Assembly: GCA_963737155.1 (NCBI GenBank)
Contig: CAVTRN010000002.1
Coordinates: 1,664,001-1,728,000, forward strand
Reading direction: 5' to 3'
From: Nitrospirota bacterium
GTDB lineage: Bacteria; Nitrospirota; UBA9217
Length of the DNA: 64,000 bases
Part shown: positions 21,687 to 30,547 of the stretch, piece by piece
How positions within the stretch are numbered: the stretch's first letter is position 1
Layout of the letters: every line of letters starts with the position of its first letter
Translations under genes and position numbers: made by a program
The notes under the pieces: generated by a model
Told to the model about the DNA's origin: nothing
Seen by the model: the letters and a program-made list of their open reading frames with translations, nothing else
Databases searched by the model: none

Positions 21687-21745
21687 ACCCAACCAGGCGC
21701 TCGACATCGAGTCGCCAAAAGCGGCGAGTCAGCGCCGCGTTAAGA
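21687..21745 (+). other. attC site (59 bp)
   Basis: ACCCAAC-CAGGCGCTCGAC...TCGCC/GGCGA...GTCAGCGCCGC-GTTAAGA, immediately after a stop codon. Confidence 0.8.
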
Positions 21746-21873
21746 AGCGAATGCGTGCATTGATTAAGAAGCAAGCCCGTGCATTACTAAAAAATTTCCT
21801 CAGTAGTATCAAACATTATAGTCTACGAAATACACGCTGAGAACCAACAGTCTATAATTGGGTAAAAATTATT

Positions 21874-22851
21874 ATGAGTACATTATTTGTACAAAAGAAG
21901 ATTAGAATTCCTACAATAGGAACCTGGGGTTGGAGCGAAGAAAATTACAAAACCCCCCTTATTTTTTCTCTTAACGGCGCGAAAGCCTTGTTGTTTCTGG
22001 AGCCGATAGCCCTTCCGAGGCGTAATGATAAAAGAGATTCACTTTGGGAGGCCATCTTACAAATCCAGTTCGCACCACCGCCCAATAAGATCATAAAAGG
22101 ACTCAAAACTTCTGGCAAACAATGTCTTGAAGTCGCAAGTCAAATTTACGACTATTACCGGGAAGTAATAGAGAAATTTGAGGGTCTAATCAGAACTACC
22201 GCAAATGTAAAATTCTTAATGCCTGACGAATCGCCGATGTCAATTTCGTCCTTTTTTAGTGACCATCAGCATCATTATGGCGAAGAAGTAACTTGGTGGG
22301 TTGATTCCCAAAAACCGATAAAATTTCACCCCAAGATATCAGGGACACGTCGGACACTGAATCCTCTTTTTAAGAGAGATCAACTTATTGATAATAACAA
22401 ATGGCTGAGAATGCAAAGGGCGATCGAGTTAAACGAATATCCATCGGATGAAATGATGGAATTGTTGCGGATTAGATCTCAACTTGCATGGCGTAGGAAA
22501 AAAATTGCAACAATCGAAGCTGCCGTATTTGCAGAAACAATCCTTCGAGAATATGCAGTTCAAGTATTGCTTGATCAGGGCATTAGCAAGACCAAGCTTC
22601 AATCTTTACGAGATGATCTCTCTTTCAACTTAATGCTAAACGCTGTATTGCCGCTCACGCTGACAAAATCCGAAGCTAAGAAATTAAAAAACCATATTAT
22701 TGCAGTTGATGTATTGCGTAAAATTAGAAATGACGTCGTACACGGAACCATTGAAGAAAAAGACATTGACGAACTCTCAGTTAGAACAAGCATCGAATCA
22801 ACATTAAAAATTATTGAGACAATCAAATCTAAGATTAAAGAAAAGACCTAA
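21874..22851 (+). CDS. Hypothetical protein with a C-terminal HEPN-like RxxxxH motif
   Basis: LRKIRNDVVHG in a helical C-terminal domain, with an upstream EAAVFAE helix. Confidence 0.6.
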   Translation: MSTLFVQKKIRIPTIGTWGWSEENYKTPLIFSLNGAKALLFLEPIALPRRNDKRDSLWEAILQIQFAPPPNKIIKGLKTSGKQCLEVASQIYDYYREVIEKFEGLIRTTANVKFLMPDESPMSISSFFSDHQHHYGEEVTWWVDSQKPIKFHPKISGTRRTLNPLFKRDQLIDNNKWLRMQRAIELNEYPSDEMMELLRIRSQLAWRRKKIATIEAAVFAETILREYAVQVLLDQGISKTKLQSLRDDLSFNLMLNAVLPLTLTKSEAKKLKNHIIAVDVLRKIRNDVVHGTIEEKDIDELSVRTSIESTLKIIETIKSKIKEKT

Positions 22852-22905
22852 CAATCGCGTCCACATCGATTCGCCAAGAAGCGGCGGGTGACGCGAGCAT
22901 TGAGT
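22846..22905 (+). other. attC site (60 bp, degenerate R')
   Basis: ACCTAAC (contains the upstream stop codon)-AATCGCGTCCAC...GTGACGCGAGC-ATTGAGT. The central part is similar to that of 21687-21745. Confidence 0.7.
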
Positions 22906-23124
22906 CTGTAGGGGAACCCCTTAAGGGCAGCGACGATTTTTACTGTTGATAATAAGAATAGCAACGATAGCGATTCTGAGCCCTAATGACGGACTTTCCC
23001 TCATTTGGCCAACATTGCGCGACGTAGTGGAAGCTTAACCGCACTAAGCGAAGCCTTATGCGTTAGTGTTTTGAAAGGTACTTATTCTACAGACTCGTTG
23101 GGTCCTAAAAAAAGGAGGCATCAT

Positions 23125-23613
23125 ATGGATCAAGATGGTTATGACATTGCCCAAGTTTGTCCCAATAGTCACACGACAAATAAGTCATCACGCAAGTATC
23201 CTGAGGATAACAAACAATTTTGTGATAAGTGCGGGGAAAAGACAATAACAACTTGTTCGAAATGTAACAATCCGATTCGAGGCGCTTACCACGCTGAAGG
23301 AGTATTCGGCGTCTTTGAATATACACCGCCAGCATATTGCTACAATTGTGGTAATGCATTTCCTTGGACTGAGAGAAAAATCCAGGCCGCCATGGAACTT
23401 TCAATTGAAGAAGGCAATCTTAACGAAGAAGATAGTACAATATTAGAACAAAGCATAAAAGATATAGTACGTGACACAGCGCAAACGCAAGTTGCCGCAA
23501 GCAGATTTAAGAAAATAATGACTAAGGCGGGACTATCGACCACAGGTGCCGTCAAGGATATTCTGGTTGATATTGTTAGCGAAACGGCCAAGAAGATAAT
23601 TTGGCCAGGTTGA
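23125..23613 (+). CDS. DUF2321-like zinc-binding protein
   Basis: QVCPNSH...FCDKCG...CSKCNNPIRG...YCYNCGNAFPW. AGGAGG RBS before the ATG at 23125. Confidence 0.75.
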   Translation: MDQDGYDIAQVCPNSHTTNKSSRKYPEDNKQFCDKCGEKTITTCSKCNNPIRGAYHAEGVFGVFEYTPPAYCYNCGNAFPWTERKIQAAMELSIEEGNLNEEDSTILEQSIKDIVRDTAQTQVAASRFKKIMTKAGLSTTGAVKDILVDIVSETAKKIIWPG

Positions 23614-23682
23614 TGCAGTGAAGAAAAGAGCAACTGACAACTTGGGCGACCCTTCTACGTGTAGAATGGCATTGGATTGCTC

Positions 23683-23727
23683 TTCCAACAAGCGCCTGGA
23701 CAGCGACGCGTCAGGCGCGAGTTCATG
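23683..23727 (+). other. Short attC-like site
   Basis: TTCCAAC-AAGCGCCTGG...TCAGGCGCGA-GTT. Near-identical to the site at 26593-26638. Confidence 0.55.
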
Positions 23728-23729
23728 TG

Positions 23730-24001
23730 CACTTTTCATGCAGTATCCGGCATTGAGTTTTAGTCAACAACCTTTGCCAGGCTGTGTTGAACTTTGGCGC
23801 GTTCTACATAAGCATCTAGCTTCTCGAATCCCTCGATCGTGTTGTCAAAAATCAGGTTTTCCGCAAGAGAGCTGTACCGAAGAACGCACGGTGCTTTTCT
23901 TTCGCAACATCAATTCCTACGATTAGATGCTGCTCCGAACCGCGAAATTCTTTCTTCATTTGCAGAAACTGCTCTAGTCTGATATCATCAATACTATTCA
24001 T
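23730..24001 (-). pseudogene. IS110-family transposase N-terminal remnant
   Basis: MNSIDDIRLEQF...LIVGIDVAKEKH (first acidic residue of DEDD), then a frameshift to IFDNTIEGFEKL. AGGAGG RBS upstream. The lower boundary is approximate. Confidence 0.7.
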
Positions 24002-24063
24002 AGAAGCCTCCTGTCTCTTGATTTAGTTTCTCGATAAACCAATTCTTAACAGGAGGCTTCTAT
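24000..24063. repeat. Perfect 15-bp inverted repeat at the IS110 remnant start
   Basis: ATAGAAGCCTCCTGT ... ACAGGAGGCTTCTAT, covering the transposase RBS. Confidence 0.7.
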
Positions 24064-24341
24064 TTTAGATAGTCTTGAAGATTATTTTGTCTATGCTCTA
24101 ATGGGAAGGTCTATCTTCAGGGCTTATCTATATATAACGCCGTTGCAACCTTGTAGGTGAATTCGAGTTTTATATAATATTAGCGAAAGTGCAGAATTCA
24201 TTTATATATCATTGCCTTATTTAGTAATATTTTCTGTTAACAGCATCTTCCAGTATTCCTTATAGTTTAGATTCACTAAATCACTTAAAGTTTCAACCCG
24301 TTATTCGACAGCGGGACATTATGCCCTTTGAGGAGGCACTC

Positions 24342-24713
24342 ATGGAAGTGACGCTTTACGATGGAAAAGGTCATCCTGTTGCGTACATAGCAGATGACGG
24401 CGAAAACAGTATCTACCTCTGGAGTGGCCATGCGGTTGCATACATCGATGGAGAAAATATCTACGGATGGAATGGCACGCACATGGGATGGTTCTCGGGC
24501 GGTGTATTGTATAACTTGCACGGTCAGCGTGTCGGTTCGATTGCGGAGAAATGCCCTTACTCTGTTTATGAAGAGCCAGCTAAGTATGCAAAATACGCTA
24601 AGTATGCAAAGTACGCGCGCTACGCTGCGTACGCACGTTCAGCCTTCAGCAGTAGCTACAGCAACGAACCGTTGGAGAAATTTCTCAAGGGTGGCGCGGT
24701 TGACTCCGTTTAG
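24342..24713 (+). CDS. 4-fold beta-flower-like protein with a KYA repeat tail
   Basis: Repeated LYDGKGHPVAY / IYLWSGHAVAY / IYGWNGTHMGW / LYNLHGQRVG units, then AKYAKYAKYAKYARYA. GAGGAGG RBS. Confidence 0.7.
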   Translation: MEVTLYDGKGHPVAYIADDGENSIYLWSGHAVAYIDGENIYGWNGTHMGWFSGGVLYNLHGQRVGSIAEKCPYSVYEEPAKYAKYAKYAKYARYAAYARSAFSSSYSNEPLEKFLKGGAVDSV

Positions 24714-25099
24714 CGGATTCGGTATTCAATGATAATATATATGTTGAAGTGACCACTGAAGAGCACGCAGAGAAAAAAGGGCTGATTGATCTTAAATTGT
24801 CTTGGGCATTCGAATTAGAAATAAAGGAATGCCCTACTTTTCAGTTTGAGTACTCAAAAGATAAAAGTCGCTAAAATTTACTTTGTGCTACCATTATGAG
24901 TCTCACAGAAGTCGCCACATATCTCAACCACATGTTGCTAGTTACTATAGGTATTTCATGCATTTTTTAAGCGCGTGTCGCCGCAAGATTATAGATGGCC
25001 GTGAGATAGACATATTTTGGGAAGGTGTATAGGATCGTGGTTGTAATATGCGTCGCTGTCATCTTGCTCTTACCTTAAAATTCGCTCCCTACACCAATG

Positions 25100-25128
25100 T
25101 TGACAGAAAATTGAATCAGATATATTAT
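25100..25128 (+). promoter_or_regulatory. Putative sigma70 promoter
   Basis: TTGACA, 17 bp, TATTAT upstream of the 25270-26552 gene pair. Confidence 0.55.
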
Positions 25129-25269
25129 TCGCCGAAATAATGATGCTAAACTAAAATAACACTGTAAAGCTGATGTTATCTTAGGGGGCTGCTCAATAAA
25201 TGGTTTCCCTGGAGATATTGACGGCAACATTATGAGGGAAATCAAGATCATGCGATCAAGGAGCTTATT

Positions 25270-25785
25270 ATGAAAGAAGCAAAAGTTTCGGTAAAAGAGA
25301 CAACATCGTTTGCCGATTTTATAGAAAGAATGAGCATAACGGTTCCACCGAATGAGATACTGATAATACCGGATAATTATGAAGAGCTTAAATCACCGAA
25401 CGATGCGATTTTCGCGGGTCCATCTATTACAGTTAAAAAGTTATTAACCTCAAAAGGGCTAAAAATTAACTTGGTAGATATGAAAACTGAGACTTGGACG
25501 GCAGATAAACGCGGTGCTGATTGGTTTGGCCCGACATTATTTATAAGCAGTCTTCTTTTATCTGAAAACAAGGAGGCTGTTTCAGTGGCTTTGGGGGTCA
25601 TTTCAAATTATATATCAAGTGCGTTTGGCATTGGTGGATTTCGGGCTGAAAGCATTGCCAGGTTTAAAATCTTGGTTAAAAATGAAACGTCCGGTGTGAC
25701 GAAAGAGATTTCATACGAGGGGCCAAGTCAAGGCATAAAAGATCTTGAAAAGGTAATTAAATCCGCAGCACAGATAAAAAAATAA
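25270..25785 (+). CDS. Hypothetical protein (first of a coupled pair)
   Basis: 171-aa ORF with an AAGGAG RBS, 2 bp from the next gene. Confidence 0.75.
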   Translation: MKEAKVSVKETTSFADFIERMSITVPPNEILIIPDNYEELKSPNDAIFAGPSITVKKLLTSKGLKINLVDMKTETWTADKRGADWFGPTLFISSLLLSENKEAVSVALGVISNYISSAFGIGGFRAESIARFKILVKNETSGVTKEISYEGPSQGIKDLEKVIKSAAQIKK

Positions 25786-25787
25786 CT

Positions 25788-26552
25788 ATGGATAATAAAA
25801 TTACGGTAGTTGAAATAATTAACTCATATAATAAAGCTTTAGAATCTGCATTAAAAATGAACTATCTTGTACGAGATGATAAATTGCAGAGCGATGAAGC
25901 ACAGCAACTATTAAAATTAAAAAGTCTTGTCAAAGCGATCAAGTATCAGGTTATCGAACAAGGCAATGAAAAACTAGCAAATAGATTGTTTCACTTGCAG
26001 TCCGTTTTGAATTCAGTATCTTCAATCTTGAATATGTGGATTGCTCTTAAGAAAGAAGAATATACGGTTGCATGGTGCCTACTGATTGATGCACAGGAAT
26101 ATCTGGATTTGGCACTGAAGGCGATTCGTGGCGAAGAGGGATATTGGGGGCTCGAAGAATACAAAGATAGACTTTTATCAATTGAACATGTCTGTTTTCC
26201 AGGCTTCCCTATGTACAACAGTTGGGGAGCAAAATTGAAAGGTGGCAAGTGTAGTATCTGCGGGGCTTACTATGATAAGTGCGACCATATTGATGGCTTA
26301 GTATATTCCGGTAGACTATGCACAGTTATCGGGTATGCTTCACTTGAAGCAGATCATTCTTCGCTAGTCGATAATCCTCGGGATAGAAGATGCATTATTA
26401 ACAAGATATCGACGGATGAAGGCTTGATGAGGGACTACATAACATGGAAAATCACGGATGAACCTGTACCTCAAGTGCAGGATGCAAACTTAAGAGAGGG
26501 AGGGTACTTGCGCTGTACTTTATTCGTAAACAAAACAATTGAATGGGACTAA
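25788..26552 (+). CDS. Hypothetical protein with a CSICG...CxH...C zinc motif
   Basis: 254-aa ORF with a helical N-terminus and GKCSICG...CDHIDG..YSG..C...SLVDNP. Confidence 0.75.
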   Translation: MDNKITVVEIINSYNKALESALKMNYLVRDDKLQSDEAQQLLKLKSLVKAIKYQVIEQGNEKLANRLFHLQSVLNSVSSILNMWIALKKEEYTVAWCLLIDAQEYLDLALKAIRGEEGYWGLEEYKDRLLSIEHVCFPGFPMYNSWGAKLKGGKCSICGAYYDKCDHIDGLVYSGRLCTVIGYASLEADHSSLVDNPRDRRCIINKISTDEGLMRDYITWKITDEPVPQVQDANLREGGYLRCTLFVNKTIEWD

Positions 26553-26592
26553 TGCATTAATGAGGAGTCGATATGCGACTTGAACGATGACA

Positions 26593-26638
26593 GGCTAACA
26601 AGCGCCTCAACAGCGGCGCGTCAGGCGCACATATTATA
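26593..26638 (+). other. Short degenerate attC-like site
   Basis: GGCTAAC-AAGCGCCTCAAC...TCAGGCGCAC. Confidence 0.55.
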
Positions 26639-26942
26639 AAAATGTTTATGATTAGACAAATTAAGATGTTTATGAATATCGACGACCTTTTGAAATCAAC
26701 TAAAAACTAATCTTTATGAAACTGGACATGACGAGTGGACTTACGCCTTCGCTGGTATGCGCTCTGCGGTGAAATACAAGAAAAACTTAAATGGCAGCGT
26801 ATGTCCATATGCAACTAACAAATGATGGCGCAAATATGTATCTGACCACAAACTGGGTCACAGCGCCCTGGTAATAAAAAACCTTCAAGTAAAACAAGGC
26901 TAAGATTCCAACCTTCAGCTCAAAAGGGTTCGGACGTTAGAT

Positions 26943-27899
26943 ATGAAAGGAAATAATAAAGTGGGTGAAGATTCTGGGCACGAAATAGAGCTTTTGTTAG
27001 GCGGTGTAATTCCTGAACGTGAGCGAGAGATGAGGGAATATTTAGGAAAATATGCGCCAATTTTTTTTCGTTGCGATGATCGTCCAGGGTTTTTCATAGA
27101 AGCTGGACCATATGGAATATTAAAATTCACACAAAGAACGATGCATCAAATGTGGATTCTCGGTTTTGCAGCAAATCAGGCACTAAATTCATATTCATCG
27201 GCACTTGCCATCCTTCGGCTCAATAGCGAAAATTTAGATACAAATACGATCGCACAAATTCCGGGTCAGGAGCAGGAAGATAATAAATATGCCAACATAA
27301 TAGATTCAGTTTACAAATTAGCAAAGGTAAGTAGACCCTCCGAATTTGATTGGCCGAGTACGGTGCCCATCCCTAATAAAAAACCTACTGATATGGTGGG
27401 CGCCGCGACATTTGATTTAATTTGCATGGCCGGCGCTTACGTGATTCTTCACGAGATGAAACACATCGCATTTTCGATAGATGGGACCGCGCCCGCGAAT
27501 ACCCATGAAGAAGAGCACGCATGCGATCTATTTGCAAAAAGCATGATGCTTTCTGAAATAGAGGCATATTCGAGACAAAGCGGCTATGATCTGAGCAGGT
27601 TAAAATCAAAGCGTGCAATAAGCATTAGCCTAGCATTGTTTTTTATGTTGGTTATCACACCTCAGAAATCCTGGGCTGGTACAGAAACACATCCGAGTAT
27701 TAAAAGTAGAATAGAATCTTTAGTTAACGATCTATCCATTCATGATGACGATATTCTCTGGGTTTACATGGCTTCATTGTTATTGGCTCACTTGCAGTAC
27801 ATGGGCGATCAACATATTGTTTGTAACTTCGTTTCTCTGAAGGATTTGACTATTAATCTTATATCGAGAATTGAAAAGGCATCTAACAAGGCAGATTAG
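26943..27899 (+). CDS. Lit-family (peptidase U49) phage exclusion protease
   Basis: LHEMKH (HExxH), EEHACD and THP motifs in a ~320-aa protein. Confidence 0.75.
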   Translation: MKGNNKVGEDSGHEIELLLGGVIPEREREMREYLGKYAPIFFRCDDRPGFFIEAGPYGILKFTQRTMHQMWILGFAANQALNSYSSALAILRLNSENLDTNTIAQIPGQEQEDNKYANIIDSVYKLAKVSRPSEFDWPSTVPIPNKKPTDMVGAATFDLICMAGAYVILHEMKHIAFSIDGTAPANTHEEEHACDLFAKSMMLSEIEAYSRQSGYDLSRLKSKRAISISLALFFMLVITPQKSWAGTETHPSIKSRIESLVNDLSIHDDDILWVYMASLLLAHLQYMGDQHIVCNFVSLKDLTINLISRIEKASNKAD

Positions 27900-27949
27900 A
27901 AATTGACTAGGTGACGTTTATACCTATAATGCTTTATCTGAAGCAGAGA

Positions 27950-28005
27950 TTTCAACCTGCGCGTCGAGTACGCCGCGAAAAACTCGCAGCTCACGCGCGT
28001 CTTCA
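27950..28005 (+). other. Degenerate attC-like site
   Basis: TTTCAAC-CTGCGCGTCGAG...GCTCACGCGC, with the same L-box geometry as the other sites. Confidence 0.5.
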
Positions 28006-28276
28006 TATGCACCTTTCAAGCCGTATTATGCATTGAAATTTATTCAACATGCTTGCGTGCTTGTAGGTGGAGGTGGGAGGTTAAGAATTTTTAGGAAGGT
28101 TAAATCTTCTGTTTGAATCATGGATATTATGACATGGTTTTTCTGGCAACAAGAACTTCCTGTAATTTTTGAAGTTTCCATTTCTGGCAACACTTCATCT
28201 ATCAGCCTGAACTTGTTAACGTATACCCCATAAATTTCCCCCATCGACAACCCCGTCTAAATCGCCCATTGTCATC

Positions 28277-28327
28277 GACCGATACGACACGACCGATACG
28301 ACAGACCTATACGACGACCTATACGAC
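28277..28327 (+). repeat. Four tandem 12-bp repeats GACC(G/T)ATACGAC
   Basis: Copies at 28277, 28291, 28304 and 28316 with 2-, 1- and 0-bp spacers. Confidence 0.85.
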
Positions 28328-28443
28328 GGCGTTGACTTCGCCTGGGATGAGGAATATATTTGTTATAATCTACACGACACGTTTAGATGGCCATTGACAT
28401 ATGTAAATGTTGCCATCAACCGCATTTAATCTGGAGGATATAA

Positions 28444-30417
28444 ATGGATAGAATAGCAGCATTCGTGGGCCACAGCTTTGCGGAAGAGGATGCTGATGTC
28501 GTCAGAAAATTCACAGATTTATTTGATCATATAACCGACTTAGGCATTGGCTTTTCCTGGGTTCACGCAAATGATGCGGAACCCAAAATATTGTCTGAAA
28601 AGGTGCTAGCGCTAATTAAAGATAGGAATCTATTTATTGGAATTTGCACGCCGAGAGAACGTGCAATAGATCAGTATAAACTTAAATTAGCCCCATTATC
28701 AAAGAGCCGGTATTGTGGAGATGAGAAAGATTATTCTTGGAAAACTTCGGATTGGATTATTCAAGAGATAGGTCTCGCCATCGGCCGTGGCATGAATGTT
28801 ATTTTATTAATAGAAAAGGGCCTGAGAGATCCTGGTGGGCTGCAAGGCAATTTGGAATACATTACCTTTGATCGAAATAAACCAGAGGGCGTCTTCACTA
28901 AAATATTAGAAATGATTAAGTCTCTTAAACCCTCTTTAAGCACAAATCCGTCAGCAACCGTTGAACCAGTATCATCAGAAAAAATAGAAGAGGGGAAAAA
29001 ACCTGAAGGTCTCGAGTGGCTAGAGCCTAAAGTTGAATGGGAGAGAAAAGATTATAGTAGGGCACTATTCCATATGTTTATGACTGACGACAAAGTTAGT
29101 GAACAGCGCATCTATGACGCATACTTGTTAACGCCCGATGGCAAAATTGACAAAAATAAAATAAGTTGGTCAGCCGAACGTGAGAGCTGGAAGATTATGT
29201 TGGGGAAAGGTGGTACTCTTTCGATACTTGAAGCGATGGCGCGTGAGCATCCGGATAATGACGAAGTTCTACGATATCTAGCACGCGCCTATAGAGAATA
29301 TAAAGAATTCGAAAAAGCTGCCGGTCAATTGTTAGCTTCAGCCAAACAAAGTACGACTCCCGAGGTGCGGCTTAAGCGATTGGGCGAGGCTGCTGTAGAA
29401 TATAATAAAGCACATCAAGAAAAAGACGTAAATAATGCGGTTGACCAGATGAAAAGTTTAATTGATAATGTTGAAGAAAAAGAAATCATAATTTTGAGAA
29501 CATTAAAACAAATCGCGGAAGATGCGAACGACGATGACAAATATCTTGCATATGCTGAGCGTTTGCTGGACATTGCACCTGCTGACAATGACGTAAGATT
29601 TTCATTGGCATATAAATACTCCGATCTGAAATATAATGAATTAGCATTATATCATTACACGAAGATTCCTTACGCTGAAAGAAATCTAAGCGCATGGAAT
29701 AATATAGGTGTTGCTAATGATAGATTAAGTCTAAATGGCAAGGCTGTGGATGCATATCGAAAAGCAGAAGAATTAGGTGAGACTTTAGCCATGAGTAATC
29801 TAGGGAGCAAGTATTTAGATGCTGGATTTTTTTTAGAGGCAGAAGAAATTTGTAACAAGGCAATAAAGATAGAAAACTATGACAAAAAAATTGGGGAAAC
29901 TATTACAAGAATTAAATCATTGCAAGAAGAAGAGGATAAGAAACAAAAAATAATGCTGGATAATTCAGCATTACTGAGAAAGTTTTTTACAAGTTTCGGC
30001 CACGCTTGTATCCAACAAACGCTTTTGGAGTATAGTGGTGCTTGGGAGCATCCGCGCTGTACTCTCAAATCGGAAATAAAGAATGGAAAGCTCATTGCAA
30101 CGGGTAATTATGAGCAATCGGCATATGGAAATGCACTAGCTACTAGTTTGGCAGGCATATCACCCTGGACGCCTGACAAGCCAACGAATTATTTAATTAG
30201 ATATGAGGGCTCCGTTGAGGGATTTGCAATTCAAGGGACGGTTTCGATAGAAGAGGTTGGAAAATCCATTAGCCCAATACCATCGTTGATGGGTTCAGGA
30301 AAGAGTTCAAAAGATGTCCTAATGGTAATTTCTGATGATAAAAAAGAGATTAGAGTGTGGGAAAAGGGCGCTATTGATAAAGAACGATTCTATTTTCTAA
30401 CTGCACTTGGGAATTAA
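28444..30417 (+). CDS. TIR-like (nucleotide-hydrolase) domain + TPR repeat protein
   Basis: AFVGHSF...SDWIIQEIGLAIG..VILLIE N-terminal domain with the catalytic-type E, and TPR-like helices (AWNNIGVA, AMSNLG). Confidence 0.7.
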   Translation: MDRIAAFVGHSFAEEDADVVRKFTDLFDHITDLGIGFSWVHANDAEPKILSEKVLALIKDRNLFIGICTPRERAIDQYKLKLAPLSKSRYCGDEKDYSWKTSDWIIQEIGLAIGRGMNVILLIEKGLRDPGGLQGNLEYITFDRNKPEGVFTKILEMIKSLKPSLSTNPSATVEPVSSEKIEEGKKPEGLEWLEPKVEWERKDYSRALFHMFMTDDKVSEQRIYDAYLLTPDGKIDKNKISWSAERESWKIMLGKGGTLSILEAMAREHPDNDEVLRYLARAYREYKEFEKAAGQLLASAKQSTTPEVRLKRLGEAAVEYNKAHQEKDVNNAVDQMKSLIDNVEEKEIIILRTLKQIAEDANDDDKYLAYAERLLDIAPADNDVRFSLAYKYSDLKYNELALYHYTKIPYAERNLSAWNNIGVANDRLSLNGKAVDAYRKAEELGETLAMSNLGSKYLDAGFFLEAEEICNKAIKIENYDKKIGETITRIKSLQEEEDKKQKIMLDNSALLRKFFTSFGHACIQQTLLEYSGAWEHPRCTLKSEIKNGKLIATGNYEQSAYGNALATSLAGISPWTPDKPTNYLIRYEGSVEGFAIQGTVSIEEVGKSISPIPSLMGSGKSSKDVLMVISDDKKEIRVWEKGAIDKERFYFLTALGN

Positions 30418-30547
30418 TTGTCAGTATTAAATATTAAATTGGCAAAGTATAATTTTGCTAATTTATTTTCCCCTAATGCTAACGGCTCAACTACTGGTTT
30501 GTCTGATATCATGATGTTGATTCTGGACCCTATTAGAGGATGTTGGA

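Noticed and set aside
28044-28250. Possible IS91-like transposase C-terminal remnant
   Set aside because: Only a vague resemblance (IISMIQ...KILNLPPPP); not supportable without a search.
28277-28327. Possible CRISPR array
   Set aside because: The repeats are 12 bp with 0-2 bp spacers, and there are no cas genes.
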